A stretch of 64,000 nt of DNA from Moniliella sp. 'wahieum' (Eukaryota), in NCBI GenBank assembly GCA_003971905.1, contig RSEE01000016.1, positions 310,001 to 374,000 of the forward strand, in the 5' to 3' direction. The position numbers were made by a program, and so were the translations under genes. Numbering within the stretch: position 1 is the first letter of the stretch; each line of letters starts with the position of its first letter. Positions 51,037 to 63,070 of this stretch are shown in pieces. The notes beneath the pieces are model-generated. The model was not told where the DNA came from. It was given only the letters and a program-made list of their open reading frames with translations, and ran no database searches.

Positions 51037-53477
51037 ATGCAGCATCCATTCTCCTCGGCCTACTGCTCTTCCTGCTCCAGACACTGCTCATACCGCTCCG
51101 GCTCAGCCCCTCCGCCTGGACCGCCGTCGCCCTCGTCTTCTCTCCCTACCTGCCCTCCGAGCAGGCCGAGGACGACAAGGACGACGGCATCCCCAGTCGC
51201 CACCAGGTCAAAGGGTAGTGTCCAAGCCGCATGTTGCCCATTGCGGTTCCTCAGCTGCGGAGCCTAGTTGCCACCTACTGCCCCTCCCTCGGCCCACGGT
51301 CGCACTACCGCCCCACGCCGTTCCTTGCCTCAGGCCATCTTCAGACCATCTGGAGTGCCAAGATCAAACCCATCGCCCCGACGCGGTACTGTACAAGCGC
51401 CGCATTCTCTTGCTTCCCGACGGAGGCACCCTCTCCCTCGACTTTAGCCCGCCTTCCCTTGCCGAAGATGATGCCAACAGTACGATACCCACCGTGGTCT
51501 GTCTTCATGGTCTGACTGGTGGCAGTGGCGAGACGTATGTTCGTAACGCCGTCAAGCAGATCTCCTCCCCTGTCACAGAGGGTGGTCTTGGTTACCGCAC
51601 GGTCGTTGTCAACTTTCGCGGCTGTACGTCTGTTCTCCCGATTGCGCTTCATATTGCCGCTCTTGACATACAAAACCGACTAACCTCCCGCATATATATA
51701 TCTCTGTTAGGTGGCCATACACCCGTCACATCACCCCAACTCTACAGTGCCAGCAAAACTTCCGACCTGCGATGCGCTCTTTTGTTTCTCACCAGCATCT
51801 TTGCGCGCTCCGCATTCGCTGGTATCGGCTTCAGTCTGGGTGCCAATATCCTTGCCAAGTACCTCGGCGAGCAAGGTGAGGACACACCCTCCGTGGAGCC
51901 TGCTGATTCTAGGCACACCTTTGACCTCTCCCTTGGATTTGACCTGTGCGAAAACAACCGGCCTGGTTCCTCCCGCTTTAGGATGGGACTCACTACCGAA
52001 TTATATACCCGCACCCTGGCCTCTAACTTGGGCCGCGTTGTGATGCGCAATGCGGATGTGCTGAGCTTAGACCCACAAGTTGCCAAGGCCATCGCCAAAC
52101 TTCTTCCGCGTCAATTGCCTGTCATAGCCCCCTCGGGGCTCTTGACATGCCCAAGAGCAAATCCCTGCCTAGCACATCCTTTGCAACGGACAGCCGAGCG
52201 AGACAGGCGTGGAACCGATTGGCTCGTGGAGGGGCCCGTATTCGCAAATCGTCCAAGCCTACCGAGTCGACCATCCGGAGCATCCACCCTCCCATCCACG
52301 CACCATGCGCTTTATTGATGAAACAAGCACTGCGATCCTCGGTGGTCATCACAAACCCTATGGAGAATTTCCCTTTGCCTGTGCCGAGGACTATTACGCC
52401 GCTGGCTCCTCTGCCCGGGTTATCCATGGGGTGCGTCGACCGCTGCTGAGCATCCATTCGCGCGATGACCCCGTGGTTCCTTTTGCTCTTGTTGACCGCG
52501 TTAAGCTCGCCATGGGACTCGACTTGGGTCCTAACCCTGTCCCTGGAACCGAGGTGAACCCCAACTTGGTCTTGGCCAGCACGCTTCTGGGGGGCCACAT
52601 GGGTTGGTGGAGTGGATGGTGGCCGCGCCGCTGGATCGGCCAGCCAATCAAAGAGTTTATTCATCTGCTCCTCGCCGCGCCTGAGTGCGCTCACCTGACG
52701 GATCTGCGTACCTATGCCTCCCCACCACGGTGCACTCGGAGCCCGTGACGATTGATATTTTACCCCTCGAAGCCCTCAAGCCCCTTTCGGACAACAACCA
52801 TACAAACCCGCCCCCCCAGCAGCTCAATACCCACCCCTATACTCCTACCCCTATCGCTGCGGCCCATGTGCACCCCACCCTGCACTCGCTGGACCGCGCG
52901 CCCGTGCCCCCCCTCGTCCGCAGCCGCTCCTTCAAGCGCGGTCGCTACGGGATGAGGAGGATGTGTCCTCGCTCCTGCCGCATGGCACCGAGAGCCACAG
53001 CTGCCGTTCAGAGCACGGCGCAGACCGTTTACACGCGCTGCCATGACGGCGCGCCGAGCAGAGAAGGCGCACGCTGAGCGCGGCGACCCGAGGCACGCGT
53101 GCTGGCCAACGTGGTGGCGCGACAAGATGCAGAGAATGCCGAGGTAGGTATCTCCCCGCCTCCCTCGACGCCCTTGGTGGGCGAGGGCGTGAGTTTGCTC
53201 GATACCCCGACGTAGGAGCCGACCACTTGGCCTGGCTCACGACCAAGGTACTCGAACACGTGCCGCTCATTCACCCGTTTCACCATGCTTGGTACACCGA
53301 CCCGCTTCATGGCAAGGAGCGGAGGCAGGAAATGCTGGAGCGGGGGGGTCGCGCTTAACCTTGACCATGCACCGTGACCCGCGTCGGCCCGAGGTGGGGT
53401 TCACAGAGATCCCGCCCCATACCCGGGTGGCCGGGGCAGGGGATACCTTCCTAGGTGGTGGATGCTCCGGGACGTAA
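51037..53477 (+). CDS. Alpha/beta hydrolase of the EHT1/EEB1/MGL2 (ABHD1/3) family
   Basis: PTPFLASGHLQT, LPDGGTLSLD, LHGLTGGSGETY, VVVNFRGC, GFSLGAN (nucleophile), SIHSRDDPVV and GGHMGW motifs. Intron ~51625-51710. Ends are approximate. Confidence 0.85.
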
Positions 53478-54329
53478 GGTGCCAGGGCGCAAAACGTATA
53501 TGGTTGACGTGGTGGCGGGGCTGTAGGCGGTCGTCGTCGTCGTCGGCTCCGTATCCACCTCCATCGTCTTCTTTTTGTCGTTCCATATTCAAAAAAAGAC
53601 TTAAGCTTATGTGGGTAACCCCCATGTGGATACCAGCTGACAGGCACCACACCGGTGAGGATCGGACCACAATGATGGTTGATTGATACACACTCAGTGT
53701 GGTCTGACCTACTTGGTGGTCTACTGACTTACTAAGTTCTTTGTTTAAGTCCTTTCTCTTCTCTTCCCTACTTCGCATACTTGTAGGATGGCCCGCTCGT
53801 GGGTACAATGATATTCACTGCCACTTCCACCCCACTTTGCCTTGCTACTAGTAGACTCCGCTACCTTCAATATCAAGATGCACAGCTGATGCCGTTGTGA
53901 ACATATACCTCTCAAAACACTTTACGTTTTCTCAACTGATAAGAATCCGCATCATTGATTGACTTCTACACGTGCTCCCCTGTCCAAAGCGGTCGTCTGT
54001 TGGGGTTCTTTTAGTGCTCGCCCTTGCGGTCGCCGGAAGGGCCGCCGGGTTTCGGGGGGGGACGAGAGGGGAGCAGTGCCAAGGTTGGATGTTGAATAGA
54101 CTCCAGGGAGACCAGGTTGGATCTGTGATCCGTCACGAGGAGAGACGTTATTATCGAGTCTCCGGGTTGGCTCGACTCATTCGACCTGAGAAAGCATAGG
54201 CCCTACAAAAACGGAGGAGCTTCAGCATGCACCTACAGTCGTCACAGGTTAAAAGGAAACATCGAACCACTAACCGGCCAACCCACCCCACCTGAATAGA
54301 GGTTGGTCCGATTGCCTCTCTGGAGATCA

Positions 54330-56005
54330 TTAAAATGTCCAGACTAGCGAGAGGTCAATAGGGTGCGGACGAAGAAAGCTGAGCAGAAGGTCAATTCATA
54401 ATTCAGACAACAACCGGAAACAAGCCCAGAATGTTATTGGGAAAGAAGACGCACCTGTGGCTTTTGCGAATACTTGGCCACCAACTCATCTCGCACCGCA
54501 TTCAGTAGACCTTGGTAGGTGATACGGGGGTATTTGTTCATCACGGTGATAAAAGCCCAAGAACAAGCCCCGACTGCTTTCTGAGCTTCGAACGCGTCTG
54601 CCGACGTTTGCGAGTCTTGCATCCGGAGAGCATCACCACCTGCCCCCGAGGAACGAGTTCGCCTGGTAATCTCCGCTGCCGAGTTTCTGTTCTTGGCGGC
54701 GATCGGTGGTAACCAATCCCCTGGCCACCTGGGCCAGGTCACCCCGGGCATAATCCAGCGCGGCCCCAGCACACCCTGGCCAATGTCTTGAAGAATGGGG
54801 ATCTTTGATTGCCACTGGTGAGTAACGTAGGGCAGGTCCAGGGCCGTTCCCGAGTGGCATGAGTCAAATATCGCGGTCAACCGACATCCCACGGGCAGTC
54901 GACGGACCATAATGGCATGCATCTCATCATCTTCAATTTGTCCAGCGCGTTCGTAGTCGACCGGAATCACCGTCTCGTTCAATCCGTCTGATCAAAGGAA
55001 GAGAGAATACGGCACACACAAATGTACAATCAGAATCAAGAACCAGCAGGAAAAAGCAAGGCGCGATCGGTAAGACTCATAGAATCGAGGCACAAGTAAA
55101 CGTACCGTCTTCATCCCCATCGTGCGAGGGTGCTTGCCCTCCATGTCCCGAGTAGTGAAAGAAGAGGGCATCGCCTTGCTTGGCGCCTGATACCAACCAG
55201 TGCATCCCTGCTGTCATGTTAGCACGGGTGGGCAGGGTACGAGGATTGCGGTCGCGGTCGGTGAGGATGACAATGTCCTCTTTCTTGTAGTTGCCACGAC
55301 AGGTAAGGAAGGTGAGGATGTTATCCACGTCGTTCCAGCATCCCTTGAGCGCTACTTTGGTGCCGACATAATTGATCCCAATCAGGAGAGCCTTGCGCTT
55401 GCCCGTCATGCTGGAATACTCGTATGGGATCCCATGGTCCATCTTCTGCCCTCTAGGGCGATCAAAGCGAACAGGCAGCTGTTGGTACGCTGCAGGGCCA
55501 ATTGGATCCCGCTCTGCATGGCCCCAAACCCACAAGAGAGGGCTGACAGTAGGTGCGGCGGCTGCATGTGGCGGTACGTGCTGGTGGGGCGGAGAATGAA
55601 GTACGTGGGATGATGATGACCCGTGTTGGGAAACAGGCCCAACCAGGGGATTGCTGCCTCCTTGATGGCCCGTAGTTCCGTTAGGACCTGTTCCCATCAG
55701 GTTTGGGACAGGGGGCATAGGAGGAGCGGCTGGAAAGTTAATCGGACCGCCAGGGAAGGGAACATGTTGCAGGTGGGCGGGCTGTGAGGGCTCAAGTTGA
55801 GCTGCGAGCGGAGGGGAATTGCCCCCAAAGCTGGAGTGATCAAGTCCACATCAGTGTTAGTAAGGTTGGAGACGCATGAGGGTGGTTCTGTCGCCAGAAG
55901 AGCGTTTGCGGTGATGTGAACATACCCACCAGAAAATCGCGCCTGGTGTTCTTTGACGCGGTTCTGGTGCTCCTTGATACGGTCCTGAATGGCCGTCGGT
56001 CGCAT
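54330..56005 (-). CDS. MCA1: Type I metacaspase
   Basis: GKRKALLIGINY, LKGCWNDV, FFHYSGHGGQ (His), IFDSCHSGTALDLP (Cys), QTSAD and YSQKPQ|LSS motifs; Pro/Gln/His-rich prodomain; several introns. Confidence 0.92.
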
Positions 56006-56940
56006 GGTGTGCAAAGAGACAAGGAGGAGGAGGAGGAGGGTGGTGGTACTGGGGGTGCAATGGGTAAGCTTCTGGTGGGTGGAGAAGAGAAATGAATGTC
56101 TTTGCACTTCTATGTGCTGACTATGAGCTGCTTTTTGGCAGCGCAGCAGTGGCGCAGATGGCACCGGGTCAGCGTTCGGGCAGTGTGGGGTCGGCATCAG
56201 GGGCCAAGAGCGACTGCTGCGCCAGGCTAAAATCGGCGTCTCGCGCCAAGAACTAGCGACTCATCCATCGATCATCACCTGACATGCACCACCACCGCCG
56301 TCGTCGTCGCTGCCGCAGCAGCTCAAGACGAGGCGGTGCCCAGGTCTACCAGCTAGTCTACCTTTTTAGCATCTTCTCCTGAGCTGACCAATCCGTTTCC
56401 CACTTGTGTGTCTCAACCAGCTCGTCCCGAGGAACGTTAACGACGAGAGGGTGGGCGGGAAATTTGTTGACATGCGGGGCGAGAGAGCGAGATCCCCGAT
56501 GGGTTTTCCAGCACTAAGAACGGGGCGCCTATTTGGGGGTGAAAGGGGGACACACCCTCTCTTGCTCCATAGTCCGCCCCTGACTCTTGTGTATTCATTC
56601 ATCCAGCCCTGCAGCGCCCGAAGGAGCGTTCCTCGCTGATGACCTGAACCCAGCACCCACCCTTCCTTATTGTACTTGGCCTCCCCACAGGGCACTCTCT
56701 GCTCCCGAGAGCATTGCGGTCGGATTGAATAAAAAACAATCATATTGATTCAAGCGACCAAGGACATGTCAATGGGGCATGGTGCATCCGGCATCATGCC
56801 AGAGTGGCCTAGGAAGCCTCGGTCGACAGTGAGAGTGACGATGACAGTGACAGTGGCAGTAGGGGCGGCTGCGTCGATGACCAAAGGGCGTGGTGGGCGG
56901 TGATGCGGGGTTGAAGCGAGAGTGCTGACGAGCGTGACGG

Positions 56941-58256
56941 CTACAACAGAGTAAAGTGCTGTACCGACCGCCGCATATCGAGATCAATGCGCAGCACATG
57001 CTGAGGCGGGGCATGGGCGATTGCCTCCATCGTGGTCCGCATTTGCTCATCTGCATCCTCCGGCAGCTTCAGCCCCTCCAACCTCTCCGGGTCCCGGCCT
57101 GCCCATGAGCCAGGCAAGTTGGGCCCGAGCATCGTTGCTCTTGCCAGCGGTGCAATTTGCCCCGTCGACGCCCACATCTCGTATGCGGGCATGTAACGCG
57201 CAACAAAGGTTTCGATCTCTTGGTCACTCATCCCCTGGCCCAACTCGGCTTGCATCTTATGTTCCGCTTCCAAGCGCCATTGGAACGCATACTCCCACAT
57301 GGGGGTTTGCGCTTGGCGAAAGTCGCCTGCCTGCGCCGCAGCCCGAAAGCCCTTGACGGGCCACAGTTGGATCATGGCATCCACATACCCGCACCAGTGC
57401 TTGGCGTATTGCTCCACCTTGGTTTCAATGTCCTCCAGGTCAGACCTTCTGTGGTTGGACAGGTAACGGGATTGGCTCTCATCCTGAAGCAGCTCATTGT
57501 ACCGCTTGATCACCCCGTCCACACCTAGCGGAGCAAAGCCAAGACACCAGCCTTCAATCAGGAACACGTCCAACTCTCGTGGGTTGGTCACCACACCGAC
57601 CTCGGTCGAACGGTCGCCTTGGCCACCTTGGGCCGACTTGTCGTACACTGGCAAATGCGCCACCTCGGCCGTTTGCGGATAGTGCGGGTACTCACGCAGG
57701 CCAGGCGGCGGGTCCACTCCACGCATATTGGCCAAGATCCGCTCCCCCAGGTCGACGTCGTGCGTGCCGGGCATGCCGCGGCCATCGTACAGCGGGTTGT
57801 GCGGGTGACTCGCACGTACCGCCGCGAGTTCTTGGGCAGGGAGGTAGAGGTCATCAATACTGAGAACGGCGACGCGGAGTCGGTAGCCGCCCGAACTCAA
57901 CTCTGTGGCAAGGCGGCGGACTAGGGTGCTTTTGCCTGAGAAGGGAGACAGGGGGCAAGAAAACGAACGCAAAAGAGAGAGAGAAAAACAGAAAAAGAAA
58001 GGTCAGAGGAAAGGATGGAGCAGGAATCGATGGTGGCGCAGTACACACCACTACCTTGGGGGCCCTGGACACCAACGATGAGTGGGTGGGTGCGGGCACC
58101 AGCGGGGCGGAGGGCGAGTTGGGAAAGAACAAAGTTGCGGCACAGCTGCCAGGTCGCGACGGGCCACATGTGGGACGCGTCGCGGGAGAGCACAGCCTGG
58201 CCGTCGCGCCAAGCAAGGGAGGGGGCAGCAGTTGGGTCGCGTCGCGGACGGGCCAT
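56941..58256 (-). CDS. TDA10: TDA10-like / D-glycerate 3-kinase-like P-loop kinase
   Basis: IVGVQGPQGSG|KST across an intron, plus SIDDLYL, GRGMPGTHD, EGWCLGF, WRLEAEH and FVARYMPAYE motifs. Confidence 0.85.
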
Positions 58257-59517
58257 TGGATTGTTGGGAGCAGGGAGCAGGGAGCGGGGGGCACAGGGGC
58301 GTGAGGAGCAGCGTGCGCCAGCAGCGACGCGGGGAGGCCGGGCGGGGTGGGGGGGAGCCGGCGCGGCGGGTGGGGGGCAGGGAGTGGGGGCGCGGTGGGG
58401 GTGGGGCGGCGGGGGGGCGGCGGGAGGGGGAGGGGAGGGAGACGTGGCCGGGTGTGCTGATGGTGTTCGCGGGGCGCGCTCGAGTGGAAATTCCACTGCT
58501 GGGCGGACTGGCGGCCGTTCGGCCTGGACGGCGCTCGGCGCGGGCGAGCAGGGGGCCGCACAGGGCCGCACAGGGCCCACAGCCGCCGCGTGCTGCCGCC
58601 CTGCCGCCGCCCACCGCGCGCTGCCCCCTGCTGCGACCGGCTGCGACAGTGCCCCCGCAGCACGCGGGCCACGTGTGCTGAGGTAATCTGCGCCCACCTG
58701 CCGCTCAGGGCGACCGGGAGGGCCCAGGCGGCTTTTGCGGCCGCAGCCATCGCAGTCGACAGGCCTCACCTCAGGCCTCGACGCCTACGGCCTGATCCTG
58801 ACCGCGGGTGGGCGCATCCATCGATCTGCCTTGCCTCTCTTGCCATCCAGCCAGCCTCCTGGGCGACGCTTGCAGCTGGATCGAGATGGCCGATTGCTGG
58901 ACTTGGCCCCTTGGCAGCGACGATTCAATATTCATTCGGCGGCCAGGCATTCAGCCTGACAACCGGCCTGAATCAATCCGGCCGGCGTTGGATGTTGGAG
59001 GCCAGTTGAAATTGCAGGCCCCTCGGACATGCGAACGTGGTCATCGAGGCCATCGATCATCGATCATCTTTGATGGGAACGCTACTGCGCGTACTCAGTA
59101 CTCGAGCACCGAGTAACTGAGACTGAGTACTCAACTGAGTGTACCGAGTGTACTCAGACCGAGCCAGTACACGGATTGGCAGTGCTGACCGTTTCAACAT
59201 TCACCTGTTTGCAAGGTAGAATTTGGATCCCTAGGCTGTGATTTGCATGTGATTCATGGCAGCAGCATGACATGATGACAGCGTAGTGCAGACAGGCACA
59301 GGTAGGGTTACACGTTGAACATCCATTAAATATTTCACGCGTCACACTTCAAGCTGCTCATACACGTGGCAGGTTGGCTGTGGCAGGGGACACTGCCAGG
59401 CTGCTCCCAAACCCTACGAACGCGTACTGCCCCGTCCCCTATAATGTCTTCTGTTGCTCATCTCTCACAGGCATCGCCCTGGCCCGTCCCTACTCCTCAT
59501 CGCCAGTTTTCGACACC

Positions 59518-60093
59518 ATGGCGCGCGCCCGAGGCGGACCCCTCCATCCCCGTTACCATCATGTTTCGTGCAAACGGGGGTGGGGTCGGTGCCTCGTCGG
59601 CGCTAGCCCCAAAGATTGGTCCGCTGGGTCTGATACGTAACGCAGTGCAGGTGTTCTTTTCGCGCCCGTCGGATAGCTGACCGGCCCCCACTCTCCCCTA
59701 CAGTCCCCAAAGAAGATTGGTGAGGACGTTGCTATAAGGCTACGATCGAGTGGAAAGATCGGCATGTGACGGCCAAGTTGGTGGTGCCGAACCGCCAGGC
59801 AGCCGTGTCGATGGTGCCATCGGCTTCGTCGTTGGTCATCCGCGCGCTGAAGGAGCCCCCCGCGGGAGCAAGAAGGAAAAGAACATCAAGCACGGCGGCA
59901 ATATCCCCTTTGACGAGATTGTGGAGATTGCGCGCACCATGCGCCCGTGCTCGTTTGCCCAGGATCTGTCTGGTGTGGTGAAGGAGATCCTGGGTACAGT
60001 CCAGTCGGTTGGCTGTGCCGCGTAGACCATCGCCCTCCCCATGACATTATTGACGCCATCAATGAGGGTGAGATTGAGGTTCCCCAAGAGTAT
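59518..60093 (+). pseudogene. RPL12: 60S ribosomal protein L12 (uL11) copy, apparently decayed
   Basis: [52 protein letters not shown] and KEILGT.QSVGC motifs. The intron donor reads ATACGT, there are frameshifts and substitutions at conserved sites, and TAT sits where the stop is expected. Confidence 0.75.
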
Positions 60094-60403
60094 CCCTGCA
60101 CCTGCCCTGGCCCTGGCTGGCTCCTCTCTTTTTCATCTCCATTGTACCATGTCTTTGTTCGCATTCTCTTTCCCTCCCACTTGCACATCCCCGCTGCCTG
60201 GCCACCTCCGCCAGCCGTTAGGCCGAGGCAGGGGCAGAAATGAGTGGATCCATCATCGCATCGGCCTGGCCCGGCTGACTGGCACCTATACAGGCGGACC
60301 GTCTCCTTCCCCACATTGCGTCCTGAATCTGCATACCTACCCCGACGTGATAGAACGCAACTTGGCCATGACTGCATTGCGCATCATGCGCCAACTTGAA
60401 CTC

Positions 60404-62825
60404 TCACCGTGTCGCTGGCCCAGGTGAGCAAGTCGCGTACAAACCCTGCCAGTCGGACTGGGGGAAGCGAAGGTGAGTTTCCAGGCGGGTGAGGGTGTCC
60501 GAGTCGGGCTGGCAGACGGGCCGGGCAGCGCCGGCGTCGGCGCCCGAGGGAGAAAGGTGATGGCCTGCTGCCATGCGGGGCCATGAGCGGTGAGACGGGC
60601 AGAGACAGTGTAGGCTAGAGGCCCCTGCCGAGGACGGGGGCAAAGACGGGCAGGCGGAGCTGAAGCCCCACCTCGGTGGAAAGCAGCTCAATCGCCGTCC
60701 TTATCCTTCCTCCGCGAGGAACTTGAGGCGAGAGCAGGGCATCGAGCTCAGCGTCCAACTCGGCTGGGGTACTGGGAGGGGGCCGTGCTGCCTCCGCGTC
60801 CGAGCGAGGGTACACTGCTGCTTTCAGGAGCGCATTGAGTGCGGCTTGGGCTTGCAATACTGCCACCACCCGCGTTGCCGCCGCTGCCGCATCTTGGTCA
60901 GGCAGGGGATCCAGTCCACCAAAGCCCCCCCTGGCCACCTTGGGTGGCCGCAGCCGATGAAGATGCGGGCACATCCCAGATCAAGTCCAAGGTAGGAGAG
61001 GCGGCTGGCGTACTGGGAGCGAGCAAATCCACCAACTGAGTTGAGGGTCCTGTGACGCTCGCAACCGGAGTCGGCGTAGGCACTCCCAAGACAGCTTGAT
61101 GCAATGCATGGATCCCTGTTGTGTACGTGGGGAGGGCAGGACTCAGTTGCAAGCCCGCGACGACTCGGTTGCCCTTTAGGCGAAGGGTAAGCTCGATCTT
61201 CAACTCATCCTTGCTCTCGGAGCGATCGGGCTGGTCCAGTCGGTCCAGAGCTGTTTCCCAAGGTTGGGACGATATGACGATGGTCAAATACGGCCGGGGA
61301 AAGTTGACAAGGCAAGCGGCAATGCCGAGGCTGGAGATGGAAGGTTAGTCCACCGCATTCAAAACGTATCGTGCCCCATATAGACTCACTTTTTCAATCC
61401 AACCTGCAACAAGGCATCGCGAATCTGCTCCGTTCGCTGCTGAAGGAAGGCAAAACAATCCTTCTCCGCCTCAGCCGAATACGATCAAGTTGGGCCAAGA
61501 AGGCCAGGTTGGCACCAAAGCGGGCAAAGCGGCGCTGTACGTCCTCTAGCTCCAAATCCACCGATTCCGGTGAAACAACGGTGCCGGGAACCCGGCCGAG
61601 CGCGCACAGTGTAGTAGCAACATATTGCATGTCCGCCTGGAACAGCATGGCCAAGTCCAAGGATCCCACGTGCTCGGCAGAAGACACAACCTGTGCCTTC
61701 AAGGGACCAATCCCTGCATCCTGGTTGGCCTCCGCATTAGGAGGATCGGAAGGTACGGCGGACAGATCGGGCGCAAAGGCAATCCGAATGCGTACCACCG
61801 GCTTCCAGTGCAATGTGCCAGCTACCGGAGCCACGTAAAACTCAACTTCGACAAGCATCCCCCCAGCCAAGGTGAGCGTTTGACTCAGTTGGGCCTGCCT
61901 TTCCCCTTCCTCGCCAACGGAGGACAAACTCATTTTCTCCTCCAAATGCTCCAGTCCCACATGGGTTGCTTGAGCAACGATCCGATCAGACAGGCTGGCC
62001 AGCAGGCTGCAACCTCTGCCCGACCCCTTATGGGGGTGGTAGTTGCTTACCCCTGCTCAATGTGTCGAGAGAACGGGTGAGCGACATGAACTCGACCAAA
62101 GCAGGGAAGAAAACAGATTGGCTTTCTCGGCCTCTGTCTCCTTCTCCTCGCCAGGCGCAACGGAAACAGAAGCTGACGCTGTTGAACTGGTACTGGTGTT
62201 GAAGAGGCTCACCGCTCCCACCCCATCACGATTGTTTGCAGAGGGGGTGGCGCGGTCGGTTTCCAAGATCAAAGGCCGTACCAGGGTGGAAGCCGTGGCG
62301 CTATCGGCGCCAGCTTCTTGCAACAGCAGCGCCAGCCGATCACGTCCCCCCGGATCGGTTGGAAGGGTAGCAAATGGCTGAGGCAGTAAGAGGGGAGCAA
62401 GGCTTGTGCTGTGTGCTGCAAGCGCCTGTCCAACAGACCAGAGCGTGTCCTGAACCATAGCCCGTGTTAGCGGTGGGGCCGCCCGCCCCCGCCTATCAAG
62501 GCTGTTGGTAGAACCGGAACCCAAGGCTGCACTGGCGCCCAGTCGCTCAGCGGTACGACCATCAAAGGGATGCATGTAGACCCCTGGGCTTCGCGTCCGA
62601 CCGGTCTCTTCGTCTGCCCGAGAGGAGCGCTTCGACGCTCAACTGCAATGCAGCCAACTTGGCATACACCGAGGGCGCCTCCACCAGGCTGGCGTCCGCC
62701 TGCGGCGGTGGCGGCAACAACTGGGGCGGGACAAGGGGTTGGAGGTGGAAGTGAGAGCAAGCACCCCTTCCATTCCGTCCGGCACAGCGGTGCCAGTGCC
62801 AGGAAGATGCTCGTTCAAGGCCATG
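60404..62825 (-). CDS. Hypothetical protein, possibly Mediator subunit Med1-like; frameshifted
   Basis: Relay of minus-strand ORFs. GLEHLEE..QTLTLAGGMLVEVEF..VRIRIAF resembles the fungal Med1 N-terminal pattern, but this is a weak resemblance from memory. Confidence 0.4.
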
Positions 62826-63070
62826 CTGCCCTGCACGCCAGAAGGGTGGTGGTGACGAGGAATACGAGGTGCTGGGCAATGTTTCTTCGCACGCCACTGC
62901 GCGCTGATGGAGACGCGATTGCCGCCTGCCTTGTCTGTTTCATCTGGGCGCTGCGAAATTAAAATCGGGGCGATCGTTATTGATGCCCCGCTATGCATTG
63001 GAAACTTCGGCGTCCTAGCTTCGGCAGGGCTATTACATCCTGCCAGCCCAGCTGTCCAATACGCTCCATT

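Noticed and set aside
44043..53477. Secondary-metabolite cluster (TF + CoA-transferase + hydrolase)
   Set aside because: No backbone enzyme (PKS/NRPS/terpene synthase) or transporter nearby, and all three are common conserved genes.
53900..54330. Telomerase, RNase MRP or SRP RNA
   Set aside because: No CTAACCCTAA template, P4-forming conserved regions or SRP helix-8 motif were identified. Retained only as an unassigned structured candidate.
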